The notes under the pieces were generated by a model, which ran no database searches, was not told the DNA's origin, and was given only the letters and a program-made list of their open reading frames with translations. A DNA stretch of 62,486 nt, filler included, from Clostridiaceae bacterium (GTDB taxonomy: Bacteria > Bacillota > Clostridia > CAYPLH01 > DUMO01), in the NCBI GenBank assembly GCA_012839865.1. It is 7 parts of 6 records of this genome, joined end to end, with 100 filler letters (N's around TTAATTAATTAA, not from the genome) between each part and the next. Parts side by side here need not be neighbours in the genome. Positions count along the whole stretch, not along the records: positions 51,068 to 62,486 come from DUMO01000053.1; 6 more parts are not named here. One strand, given 5' to 3'. The position numbers and the translations under genes were made by a program. Below are positions 52,286 through 61,505 of the stretch, piece after piece (position 1 is the stretch's first letter; every line of letters starts with the position of its first letter).

Positions 52286-52690
52286 ATGGATAACAATGAA
52301 ATCCTGGACAAGCAGTACTGGGAAGAAATACTCTCTGATCTTGACAGAAAGGATAGCAATTCAGCCCGCAGATATCGGAGATATAACAGATCGCTGGAAG
52401 CAATGGGTGAGAAAACGGTTATAAAGGAAAGAAAGCAGCATCAGTTTGCAGTTGATGAGTATAAAGCTTTCGATGCACTACTCAGTTTTATGGACACCAT
52501 TGAAAATGAAAAACTGCTCAAAGCACTTAAGAAGCTGAAGCCTGTTGAGCTTCAAATTATTATATACCGTTTTGAGCATAAAATGCAGGTCTCTGAAATC
52601 GCAAAGGTACTAAATAGGGGAGTGAGCACCGTGTCGGAGCGCCTTGGGAGGATTCTGGACAGGCTGATTTCAGAGATGGAGAAAAAATAA
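52286..52690 (+). CDS. Sigma-70 region-4-like HTH protein (ICE-type)
   Basis: GGAGG RBS before ATG 52286. IENEKLLKALKKLKPVELQII...QVSEIAKVLNRGVSTVSERL. Confidence 0.8.
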   Translation: MDNNEILDKQYWEEILSDLDRKDSNSARRYRRYNRSLEAMGEKTVIKERKQHQFAVDEYKAFDALLSFMDTIENEKLLKALKKLKPVELQIIIYRFEHKMQVSEIAKVLNRGVSTVSERLGRILDRLISEMEKK

Positions 52691-52761
52691 AAAATTTTTT
52701 ATAAAATACGAAATTTGCCCTTGCAGCTGACCTAACTGTAAGGGCATTTTTTATGTTCTTC

Positions 52762-52802
52762 TCTGTGACGCTTATAAATTACAAATTTATAAGCGTCACA
52801 GA
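52762..52802. repeat. Perfect 19-bp inverted repeat
   Basis: TCTGTGACGCTTATAAATT-ACA-AATTTATAAGCGTCACAGA. Confidence 0.9.
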
Positions 52803-52898
52803 TCTTCAAAACATGGAGGGAAAGAGATGGATGAAATTTCTAATGTTGATTTAGTAAACAGGATTTTCAGCAGACTAATAAAAACTGAATGAATAAAT

Positions 52899-52929
52899 TA
52901 AGGCTTCCCATTTGACAGTGGAAGCCTTA
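52899..52929. terminator. Hairpin between convergent transcription units
   Basis: 10-bp stem TAAGGCTTCC/GGAAGCCTTA. Confidence 0.65.
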
Positions 52930-52958
52930 TATAGTATAGAATAAATTTGATTTTCTTA

Positions 52959-53699
52959 TCACTTCTTTACAGTGTCTACAAGCTTTTGCAATGGTTCCTT
53001 AAGTGTGCTGAATTCAAGCCCTTTGGCGGATGAATAGTCCTTTATTGTTTTACCGGGGTCGGGAATTTTATCATTGATGATTTTTTCAATAGCTTCTTTT
53101 TTTACTCCCCAATCCATCAAATCTTTAAAGGTTGTGCTTCCTTTTATTATCCTGTCAGCCGTTGCATTTTCTGGTGAAGATGCAGATACAGAGAATGCTG
53201 CCGATACTTCCGGTAAAGCTACGGAGTATTTTTCGATGGATTTTATTTGCTCTTCGGTGAGCTTCGCTTTTGCTTTCAATATTTCTACAGCCGTTTTCGG
53301 AAGATAGGTGTCTTCTTCCACCTCTATCGGAAGCCCTTTATACAATGCGACAAAATAGCGGACAGAACCCGTGCCTACTTCTTTTCCTTCTGCAGCAAGC
53401 AGCGCATACATGCTTTCAAGTTCCTTGCATTGGAAAGAAGCATATTTAGCGGGGTCCTCTACGCCAAAGGCCTTTCCAAGATCTTCAATAGGAATTTCAA
53501 AAGCATTGGATATATCATTGAAGGTATAGGAGCCGCGGATATCTGCAGGGTTATACTGGCCTGCAAATTCCCCGTCTTTATATTTGGCAGGAATTTTGTC
53601 ATTAGTAGTTTTCCACATACCCAGCAAGGATGTTAGCGCAATACCGCCGAAAATAAATACCAATGTGATAACGGCGACATGTATGGATTTTAGTTTCAT
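52959..53699 (-). CDS. Membrane-anchored hypothetical protein
   Basis: 246-aa ORF with one N-terminal TM. Its start overlaps the stop of the upstream gene (ATGA). Confidence 0.85.
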   Translation of the reverse strand: MKLKSIHVAVITLVFIFGGIALTSLLGMWKTTNDKIPAKYKDGEFAGQYNPADIRGSYTFNDISNAFEIPIEDLGKAFGVEDPAKYASFQCKELESMYALLAAEGKEVGTGSVRYFVALYKGLPIEVEEDTYLPKTAVEILKAKAKLTEEQIKSIEKYSVALPEVSAAFSVSASSPENATADRIIKGSTTFKDLMDWGVKKEAIEKIINDKIPDPGKTIKDYSSAKGLEFSTLKEPLQKLVDTVKK

Positions 53700-54571
53700 A
53701 CATTCTTTCCCTCCCTTATTGATAATTCTACAGTGCCTTCAACAGGACACGTATTTTCGGAAGTACACTTCATGCAGCTGATGCATTGATGGTTAAGCAC
53801 TGCTGCACCGGTAGAGACAGAAATGTTCATGGGACAGGCTCTGTCGCATGCCTTGCAATTGATACAGGTGGATGAATTCCTCCGGATTTTGAACACTCTG
53901 AACAGGTTGAAAATTCCGAGAACAGCTCCGTAGGGGCAGGCATACTTGCACCACGGCCTCTCAACAAACAAAGAAAGCAAAATAGTAACTCCAAGCACAA
54001 TCAAAGCGGTTACAGATACTTCATCCGACCAGAAATTGAACAGTGCGTAGTAAGGATCTACATCCTGGAACATCAATTTAGCAGTTGCAGCTGTTTTATA
54101 GATCACCAGCAATAATATAATGTAGCGGATAAACCTTAAATATTTGTCAAAATTATTTGGAATAAGTTGGTTGTACTTCTTTTTGAATATTTTTTTCCCC
54201 AGCTTTCCAACCCATTCTTGAAATGTTCCGAAAGGGCAGACCCAACCACAGATTACCGGACCAAACAAGACAGCAAGCATAAAAGCAATAAACATGAGAA
54301 TAAAAGAGGATTCGTGAATTTTCTGTACGAATGTTCCTACCGTAGCAAACTTATAAATAGAAACCACTCCCCCAAAAGGACAGATAGCGTGAAGTGAAGC
54401 TTCAGACAGGAACGGGATTGCCAGACCTGCCTCTTTTAAAATTTGATTGAGGCTGATGAGTGCTACCAATATGAAGAAAAAGCTTTGCACAGCGGTGCGG
54501 TACCATGGTCTTGTCTTTTTGCGAGTTCTTGCTGTTGGGGTTGAGCTTTTATTAAGCATTTCCTGCGGCAT
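53696..54571 (-). CDS. Membrane 4Fe-4S polyferredoxin (NapH/MauN/YccM-like)
   Basis: HAICPFGG, CGWVCPFG, WCKYACPYG, CINCKACDRACP, CISCMKCTS..CP. ATG 54571 follows an AAAGGAG RBS. Confidence 0.92.
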   Translation of the reverse strand: MPQEMLNKSSTPTARTRKKTRPWYRTAVQSFFFILVALISLNQILKEAGLAIPFLSEASLHAICPFGGVVSIYKFATVGTFVQKIHESSFILMFIAFMLAVLFGPVICGWVCPFGTFQEWVGKLGKKIFKKKYNQLIPNNFDKYLRFIRYIILLLVIYKTAATAKLMFQDVDPYYALFNFWSDEVSVTALIVLGVTILLSLFVERPWCKYACPYGAVLGIFNLFRVFKIRRNSSTCINCKACDRACPMNISVSTGAAVLNHQCISCMKCTSENTCPVEGTVELSIREGKNV

Positions 54572-54592
54572 AGATATGGCTCCTTTCAATAA

Positions 54593-55156
54593 CTATTTTT
54601 TCAAACTGTTTTCAAAAGCACTTAGATGATTTTTAGACGCATCTCTAAGTTCGACAAAAACAGATTTTATATCTTCCGGAAGCTTTTCTTTGAGAAAGCT
54701 TTCGTACATGGCAATATTGTCTATTTCTGACTGCACCCCGGTTTTTAAAGCTTCCTCAATACTTTTTGGATGCACCAGATAATTATTGGCCGTATTATCG
54801 GGAAGGGAAACATTATATTTTTCGAATAAAGGCTTTAAAAGCTCAATGTGCTTTTCTTCCGCCTTGATAATATTGCTAAAGGGCCTTTGATCTCCAAAGT
54901 TTTTGAGAATATAATCATATTCTGCATGCGCAAGATATTCATCCTGAATAGCATAGGTCAGCATATTCTCAAGTGTTAAGGCTTGATCCTCTTTTGCTCC
55001 TTTTGAACCGAAGTTTACAGTTTCCTTTTTTACACTGTCTTCGGTAGAAGGTGTGGTTTCTTTATTGACAGTAGAATTTTGAGAAGAACATGCAACAGTT
55101 GACATAACTAACAGGGAAAGAATTATAAACATAGATAATTTGATGCTTTTTATCAT
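54593..55156 (-). CDS. Ferritin-like (DUF2202-like) lipoprotein
   Basis: Signal peptide ending TVAC. AIQDEYLAHAEY, PFSNIIKAEEKH, EIDNIAMY and ASKNHL are ExxH-type metal ligands. Confidence 0.85.
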   Translation of the reverse strand: MIKSIKLSMFIILSLLVMSTVACSSQNSTVNKETTPSTEDSVKKETVNFGSKGAKEDQALTLENMLTYAIQDEYLAHAEYDYILKNFGDQRPFSNIIKAEEKHIELLKPLFEKYNVSLPDNTANNYLVHPKSIEEALKTGVQSEIDNIAMYESFLKEKLPEDIKSVFVELRDASKNHLSAFENSLKK

Positions 55157-55191
55157 TTTCTTCAACTCCTTTATGTTTTTGGTTTATTTTA

Positions 55192-55223
55192 ATGATATGG
55201 CTAAATTGTGATAAAAGTTTGAT
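55192..55223 (-). promoter_or_regulatory. Response-regulator box plus -10 element for the ferritin-like operon
   Basis: ATCAAACTTTTATCACAATT-N6-TATCAT on the - strand. Confidence 0.7.
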
Positions 55224-55325
55224 GAGACAATGAAATAACAATGAAAATCTGATTGCTATCTATATGCCACAATTATACAATATTAGTTAATATACTTTAG
55301 TAAACTGTTTGATGTATTGAGAATT

Positions 55326-55357
55326 ATCATAATTTTGTCACATTTTAAGGTTAGAAT
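55326..55357 (+). promoter_or_regulatory. Response-regulator box plus -10 element for the two-component operon
   Basis: ATCATAATTTTGTCACATTT-N6-TAGAAT. Confidence 0.7.
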
Positions 55358-55400
55358 ACTATAAAAATAGAAGGGTTTACATGATTAAAAAAGGGAATGA

Positions 55401-56120
55401 ATGAAAGGAAAGAAGGCGGATGGATTGGAGAAGGAAAAAATATTAATTGCAGATGATGAAGAAAGAATACGAGATATGATTAAAGAATATGTCAGTCTGG
55501 AGGGCTATGACATTGAGGAAGCATCGGATGGCGTTGAAGCACTGAATCTTTTCAGGGAAAATAAATACTCGCTAATAATCCTGGATGTTATGATGCCGAA
55601 AATGGATGGCTGGAGTGTGTGCAGGGAAATCCGCAAAGTCTCTCATGTGCCTGTAATCATGCTGACAGCAAGGGGAGAAGAATACGATAAATTGTTCGGG
55701 TTTGAACTGGGGGTGGACGACTATATTGTAAAGCCTTTTAGCCCGAAGGAGCTGCTTGCCCGTATGAAAGCTATTATAAGAAGGAGCACTTTGCCGTTTC
55801 AGGACGCTCAAAAGGAGAATAAAGCTGTCTTTGAAGGTCTTGTCATTGAGTTTGATTCACGGAATGTATATGTCGATGGGAATATCGTCAGCCTAACACC
55901 AAAAGAGTATGAACTGCTGAATTTTTTTGTCAGGCATCCCAATAGGGTATTTTCAAGGGAACAGCTTCTCACAGAGGTTTGGGGCTATGATTTTACCGGA
56001 GATGATAGAACTGTGGATACCCATGTGAAAATGCTCCGCGAAAGCCTGGGCCATTACAGGAAATTTATTGTGACTGTTTGGGGAACAGGATATAAGTTTG
56101 AAGCTGGAGGCAGAAAATGA
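55401..56120 (+). CDS. OmpR/PhoB-family response regulator
   Basis: ILIADDE, ILDVMMPKMDG, LTARG, KPF, RTVDTHVKMLR...VWGTGYKF. Confidence 0.97.
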   Translation: MKGKKADGLEKEKILIADDEERIRDMIKEYVSLEGYDIEEASDGVEALNLFRENKYSLIILDVMMPKMDGWSVCREIRKVSHVPVIMLTARGEEYDKLFGFELGVDDYIVKPFSPKELLARMKAIIRRSTLPFQDAQKENKAVFEGLVIEFDSRNVYVDGNIVSLTPKEYELLNFFVRHPNRVFSREQLLTEVWGYDFTGDDRTVDTHVKMLRESLGHYRKFIVTVWGTGYKFEAGGRK

Positions 56121-57514
56121 GAAGTATAGGTTTAAAGCTCTGGGCTGGAATGATGGTGCTTGTTATGATTGTACTGGCACTTTTATGGCTTTTCCAGATT
56201 GTATTTCTTGAAAGCTTTTATACCGGCATGAGAGTATCGGATATAAAAAATGAAGGTGCTTCCATAGCAAAATTACTTGATGAGGGAAGTAAAGCCGAGT
56301 TTGAAAATAAGGCGGATGCTTTTGCATTTAATAACAACTTGAGCATCGAGCTTGTAGACTTGGGTGGGAATATTGTATATACGACAGGATCGACAGGCTT
56401 CGGCGGACAAATGCCCATGATGAGAAACAGAGAAAGGGTTGAGGCTTTTAAGGAAGTTCTTTCCGGAAAGGAAGTAACCGTCCCCTTATCTCATCCTCGC
56501 TTTGGAAATAAGTTCATGCTGATTGGCCTCCCGGTAAAAATATCCGGAGAATTAACGGGCGTGCTTTTTATAAACATGCCGTTGGCTCCAGTTGAGGATA
56601 CTGCCTCAATATTAAAAAAACAGCTTATATTTATAACATTGATTTTGCTTGTTGCAGCAGTGATGATTTCATACATGATTTCCAGAACATTTACAAAGCC
56701 GATACTTGAGATTAAGAAGATATCTGAAAAGATGGCTTCCGGCGATTTTTCCGACAGGATAAAATCCAGGAGCAAGGATGAAATCGGCAAACTGGCAGAA
56801 ACAATCAATTATATGGGACAGGAGCTTTCTAAAATCGAGCAGCTTCGCAAAGACTTGATTGCCAACGTATCTCATGAGCTTCGGACACCGTTAAGCCTGA
56901 TCCGCGGCTATGCCGAGACCATAAGGGATGTCAGTGGAAACGTTCCCGAAAAACGTGAAAGACAGCTTGATATTATTATTGAAGAATCAGAACGGCTAAG
57001 TAAGATTGTGGATGATATTCTTAACCTTTCACAGATGCAGGCAGGATACCTGAATTTAAACCCAGGACGGTTTATAATCAACAAAACAGTAGAGGATGCA
57101 GTTAAAAGATATGATATTTTAAGTGAGAAGACAGGTATTAAGATTATATTCGAAAATACCGGGGATATAATGGTAACAGCTGATGAGCCGAGAATAGAAC
57201 AGGTATTGTATAATCTTATCAATAACGCTTTCAACCACACACCGGAAGGAGGAAGCATAACGGTTAAAGTAATTGACGGTCAACACACTGTTAAAGTCGA
57301 GGTGTCGGATACCGGAACGGGCATCTCGGATGAGGACATCAAACATGTGTGGGACAGGTATTATAAAGCAGACAAAACAAGTGGAAGGAAGATGGTGGGT
57401 ACAGGACTTGGACTTGCTATTGTAAAAAGCATACTTGATGCCCATAAAGCTTTATATGGTGTTGAAAGCAAAAAAGGAACCGGAACTACATTTTGGTTTG
57501 AGCTCCAGAAATAA
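56117..57514 (+). CDS. HAMP-domain sensor histidine kinase
   Basis: Two TMs, HAMP, VSHELRTPL, NLINNA, DTGTGI, GTGLGL. Confidence 0.97.
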   Translation: MRSIGLKLWAGMMVLVMIVLALLWLFQIVFLESFYTGMRVSDIKNEGASIAKLLDEGSKAEFENKADAFAFNNNLSIELVDLGGNIVYTTGSTGFGGQMPMMRNRERVEAFKEVLSGKEVTVPLSHPRFGNKFMLIGLPVKISGELTGVLFINMPLAPVEDTASILKKQLIFITLILLVAAVMISYMISRTFTKPILEIKKISEKMASGDFSDRIKSRSKDEIGKLAETINYMGQELSKIEQLRKDLIANVSHELRTPLSLIRGYAETIRDVSGNVPEKRERQLDIIIEESERLSKIVDDILNLSQMQAGYLNLNPGRFIINKTVEDAVKRYDILSEKTGIKIIFENTGDIMVTADEPRIEQVLYNLINNAFNHTPEGGSITVKVIDGQHTVKVEVSDTGTGISDEDIKHVWDRYYKADKTSGRKMVGTGLGLAIVKSILDAHKALYGVESKKGTGTTFWFELQK

Positions 57515-57565
57515 ATCGGCGCTCACATTGTTTTAATCAATATTTCACCATTCTTTTAATGTTCT

Positions 57566-57597
57566 ATCATACTTCTATCACAATTGCTCCTTATAAT
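57566..57597 (+). promoter_or_regulatory. Response-regulator box plus -10 element for the DUF2680 gene
   Basis: ATCATACTTCTATCACAATT-N6-TATAAT. Confidence 0.7.
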
Positions 57598-57648
57598 GAA
57601 AACATAATCTAAATCAAACAAAACAAAATTATAAGGAGTGTGGATTTT

Positions 57649-58134
57649 ATGAAAAATTTAAAGAAAATGATTGCAGCAGTAACAGTAGTAGGTATGCTTG
57701 GAGCAGCCGGTGCTGCTTATGCAGCAACAGTAAAGACACCTGCAGAAATTGCATCCGAATTGACAGGGAAAACCATTGAGGACCTCTACAAGGAGCGTGC
57801 TTCAGGAAAGACTTACGGTACCATTGCAAAAGATGCCGGAAAACTTGAAGAATTCAAGGCACAAATGCTGGAACAGAAGAAAGCAATCCTTGACCAGCGT
57901 GTAAAGGATGGAAAGCTTACGCAGGAACAGGCCGATGAAATATACAATGCAATTAAGAACAACCAGACGAACTGTGATGGAACCGGTAGTGCCGCAATTG
58001 GCAGAAAATATGGTGCAGGCTTTGGACTGGGAAGCGGCATGGGTAATGGACAAGGTGCCGGCAGAGGTGCAGGAATGCGTAATGGCTATGGAATGGGAGC
58101 AGGAATGGGAGCAGGAAGAGGTATGAACAGATAG
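57649..58134 (+). CDS. DUF2680-like secreted protein with Gly-rich tail
   Basis: Signal peptide, KKAILDQRVKDGKLTQEQADEI, C-terminal GMGAG repeats. ATG 57649 follows an AAGGAG RBS. Confidence 0.85.
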   Translation: MKNLKKMIAAVTVVGMLGAAGAAYAATVKTPAEIASELTGKTIEDLYKERASGKTYGTIAKDAGKLEEFKAQMLEQKKAILDQRVKDGKLTQEQADEIYNAIKNNQTNCDGTGSAAIGRKYGAGFGLGSGMGNGQGAGRGAGMRNGYGMGAGMGAGRGMNR

Positions 58135-58280
58135 ACACCCCTCTATAAGATACCCATTACCGGGAGAGCGGATGATGAATTCTCTCCTGGTAATGGGTAT
58201 CAATTTATCTACTCTTTTTCTTTTTAATGACATTATAGCTTCAAAGATTTGCAATATCGGAATGATCATGGTAGTTCAGG

Positions 58281-58436
58281 CTAGTTTTCCACAGCTAATT
58301 GATCAAGAATTGGTGCTACAGCACGGCAGGGACCGCACCATGGTGCCCAGAAATCAGCAAGCACAGGGACTGAAGAATTTTCTACTTCCTGTTGAAAGTT
58401 ATTTGAGTCAACATGGATGATATTTGTAGATGTCAT
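58281..58436 (-). pseudogene. trxA: Truncated thioredoxin (51 aa)
   Basis: Not in the ORF track. [25 protein letters not shown]...[27 protein letters not shown]. Confidence 0.88.
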
Positions 58437-58458
58437 TGTGAATTTTCCTCTTTTAAAA

Positions 58459-58675
58459 TGTTATAAGGATCTTTCTTCACTGCCCAAAGGTACCTGAGGT
58501 AATTGATATGGTGGTTTCTCCTAAAAGAGGGAAGCCAATACTGGAAGAAGTAGCACAGCTGGGCATCTGGTATATTTGGCTTCAGCCAGGAACTTATGAT
58601 GATGAACTGTTAAAGCGGATTGCCGAACTTGAATTTGAAGCGGTTCAAGCATGTGTGCTTGTAGCCACAAGATAG
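58459..58675 (+). pseudogene. CoA-binding (YccU-like) protein, C-terminal remnant with frameshift
   Basis: [10 protein letters not shown] / VPEVIDMVVSPKRGKPILEE...IWLQPGTYDDE...AVQACVLVATR*. Confidence 0.8.
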
Positions 58676-59258
58676 CTCACGTGGGCGAAAACCCAAGCTC
58701 TATTGGTTTATGAAGAAAGACTTTTGAAATTGTTTCTAAAATAGATTTATTATTTCAGAATGTGCTGAATCTTCACCATTAATCCTTTACTGATATATTG
58801 ACTTGTTAAATAGATCAACTTTTTGTGCTATTTTATAAAGGGAATTAAAACCAATAAGGTTTTAGAAAAAGCATTAAACAATTAGAAACAAACCATGAAG
58901 GGATGCTGTGCAGAACAGATCTTTTTGTGGTTTTATTTTTAAAATGTTTAGGATGTTTTGGAAATGGAATTACCAGTTAATTCTTGTGAACGCATTATGA
59001 CATGCTGAAAGTTTTAATTATATCCATTGATTACCACAAAAGGGTATTAATTGTTAATATAATATAACCGGTCAAGACAATTAGCGGATGAGCCTTGCAA
59101 CAGTATAAAAAAAGAGTGGTTTTAATGCTGATGTTATCATGCGTTATTAAGCAGACAAGATTGTAGAATACTGTATCAGCAGATTTTGTGGCACTAATGT
59201 GCTTATGAACAATGCTGAGATTTCTACAATATTAATACTTGTAGATATGTCTAACTTG

Positions 59259-59858
59259 TTAGCCTTTCGCGTTCAGCGCGTCAATGATCGCACTGTACCC
59301 TTTCCCATCAGCGAACATTTCAAAGATCATCCGGACGGCTTCTGCTTCCCATTCATTGATCACATATGATTTATCAGGGCCGACATCGAAACCCAGCGGA
59401 GGGATCCCGCCGGTGTGCTTGCACTGGTACGCTGTTTCTTTCATGCCCTTCATTACTTCACGGGAAAGGTTCTTGCTGTAATATTCGGCCATGCCTTCCA
59501 GGACACTTTCCAGGATAATCGATTCTGGACTGTCATCCAGGTTTTCAAGGACCGATATCAACCGGACGCCGCACTTCTTCAAATGGCGCTTATAGTATGC
59601 ACTGTCAAAGCGATCCCTGCTGAACCGGTCCAGTTTATGGACGATCACGGCCTGGAACATTCCTGTTTCTGCGTCCTTCATCATGTCCAGGAACTGCGGC
59701 CGCTGGTCCGTCGTGGCCGACTTCGCTTCATCGGCGTATATCCTTATTATGTTTATTCCTTCCCTGGCAGCGAAATCTTTTATGGCCCTGACCTGGGCGT
59801 CGATCGATTCTTCACGCTGGTTGTCGCTGCTGTATCTTGCGTATATTACGGCATTCAA
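59259..59858 (-). pseudogene. Large serine recombinase, truncated after the catalytic domain
   Basis: VIYARYSSDNQ, IVHKLDRFSRD, EYYSKNLS, GGIPPLGF, EAEAVRMIFEMF...LNAKG*. Stops early in the recombinase DNA-binding domain. Confidence 0.9.
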
Positions 59859-59873
59859 TAGATCACCCCCGGA

Positions 59874-60119
59874 TTATTCTTCTGGATCATAATAGACAGT
59901 AGTACACCTGCACCCGTCATGGAGCGGAGGATAGTTTTTGCCTGGAACTGCTTTATTGATCCGGAAGTGTCTTCCGTCCAGTTTACGGCACACAGGGCAG
60001 CATTTATCATCCAGTGTGGCCATAAACTCATATTGTTTATAACCGGATCTCTTATAAGATTCAAGAATACTGTCTGTATAAGCAGGCTGGACACACGGAT
60101 CGGCTTTACTAACTGACAT
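59874..60119 (-). CDS. Stand-alone MuF/SPP1 gp7-like (phage head morphogenesis) C-terminal domain
   Basis: YEFMATLDDKCCPVCRKLDGRHF...NYPPLHDGCRCTTV. AAAGGA RBS before ATG 60119. Confidence 0.75.
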   Translation of the reverse strand: MSVSKADPCVQPAYTDSILESYKRSGYKQYEFMATLDDKCCPVCRKLDGRHFRINKAVPGKNYPPLHDGCRCTTVYYDPEE

Positions 60120-60132
60120 ACACACCATCCTT

Positions 60133-60480
60133 TCATTGGTTTATTTCCTGGGTGTCTGCCTTTAGTGACTTATTTTTCCGGCGATCACACGGAAGATAAC
60201 AATATTCCAGGTTCTTTCTTCCGATAAACCACTTATGACACATTTTACAGCGTTTAACGGAGTTATGTCCTTCCTTTGGGTTTGAAACAATAGAAGCTAA
60301 TAATTGCATTCGTGCTAAGGCCAGAATTGAGCTATAGGATAATTCGAGGTAAGGTACTCCATTCCTAACGTCTATATAATAAACGGCATTCCCAGCAAAA
60401 TTATAACGCTGTAGCGACAATGGTCTTTCGCGTTCTACATCATCGCGCCACTGCCAGAAACGATTACTAATTGTATGGAA
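60133..60480 (-). CDS. Hypothetical protein with C-terminal zinc finger (CGNR-like), 5' end unclear
   Basis: VKRCKMCHKWF...EYCYLPCDRRKN. No clear RBS or start. May be a remnant joined to the upstream ORF. Confidence 0.55.
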   Translation of the reverse strand, partial: FHTISNRFWQWRDDVERERPLSLQRYNFAGNAVYYIDVRNGVPYLELSYSSILALARMQLLASIVSNPKEGHNSVKRCKMCHKWFIGRKNLEYCYLPCDRRKNKSLKADTQEINQ

Positions 60481-60919
60481 TTTCGAACGCATAATCACAG
60501 ATAATGGAATCAATTTCATTAAAAAGACTTTGTGGGACTGCAGCTTCAATGATTTTCCTTGTTTCATGGTCAAGGACTGCAGCAGAACTGCTGTAATCAG
60601 GATCCTGGGTGTGACCAAGGAATAACCTGGTGATCGTTTCGGTGGATCCCATAAAGAGATCCCAATTTGATACAGCTAACTTTGAGAAGGATTCAACGAT
60701 TAGCCTTGTTGCTTCTTTGAAACCATCAATAAAACCGCGTTTTTCCACTTCGTAGAAATAGTCATTCAGGATCGGATCTATTTTAAGAGCATGATCCTTT
60801 GGAACCAGGCTGTATATGCTGTCAAAGACTTTGTTATTGGCTTCCTTTACAGCTTCGCAATACTCCGGGTTGTTAATGTGGGCACTGAACATGTTTTCAA
60901 GTACATTTTTCATTTCCAT
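60467..60919 (-). CDS. Helical hypothetical protein of mobile elements
   Basis: AAAGGAG RBS. EVEKRGFIDGFKEATRL motif, with an apparent second incomplete repeat. Confidence 0.65.
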   Translation of the reverse strand: MEMKNVLENMFSAHINNPEYCEAVKEANNKVFDSIYSLVPKDHALKIDPILNDYFYEVEKRGFIDGFKEATRLIVESFSKLAVSNWDLFMGSTETITRLFLGHTQDPDYSSSAAVLDHETRKIIEAAVPQSLFNEIDSIICDYAFEIPYN

Positions 60920-60952
60920 AGGTAAATCTCCTTTCTTTTAACCATAGCTTTT

Positions 60953-61321
60953 TTATTTGTTGAAGTAACTTTCAAGCGGGTTAACGGTACCAATAGATTT
61001 TTTCTTAATTACACCCATACGTTCCAGGTATATAATGGCGTCTTTTATCCCTTGCTTGTAAAAATACTTTGCAGCTTCCTGGACTGCTGTGTTTGCTGAT
61101 TCTCTTATATCTTCTGCTTCTTTAGTAAGACCAGACGCCTTAATGGTCTCCATGCTTCGACTAAAGCTGACTATATGATCATTAAGATCACATCGCGAAG
61201 TCTTCACATAGTTGTTATAAGTACCATCGAACCAACCTTCAAAAAGCATATCAGCAACGAAGCGCTCAAGGGATGGTGGATCTGGAAGCTGTCTGGGCGT
61301 TTTTGCATTGACTATATCCAT
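60953..61321 (-). CDS. Helical hypothetical protein of mobile elements
   Basis: AAAGGAGG RBS before ATG 61321. AAKYFYKQGIKDAI motif resembles the downstream ORF. Confidence 0.7.
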   Translation of the reverse strand: MDIVNAKTPRQLPDPPSLERFVADMLFEGWFDGTYNNYVKTSRCDLNDHIVSFSRSMETIKASGLTKEAEDIRESANTAVQEAAKYFYKQGIKDAIIYLERMGVIKKKSIGTVNPLESYFNK

Positions 61322-61505
61322 TGGCTGAAACCTCCTTTCTGTGATAACAAAATTTTTATTGAATACGCAAAAATATTTTGTAATCACATTATAAATCATC
61401 AATTTTGCGATGTCAATTATAAATTTTGAATTCGCGAAATAAATTTTATATAGCTTTACAAAATTCGTAATCACATATATAATTGATTTAATGGGAGGTG
61501 TTAAA

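Noticed and set aside
58030..58125. Tandem GGAATGGGAGCA repeats
   Set aside because: They simply encode the Gly/Met-rich tail of the DUF2680 protein.
3163..58283. Stop-codon recoding suggested by in-frame TAG (3163), TGA (48503) and early TAG (58281)
   Set aside because: TAG and TGA terminate many intact genes in the window, the affected genes lie in decaying regions, and no pyl or sel machinery is visible.
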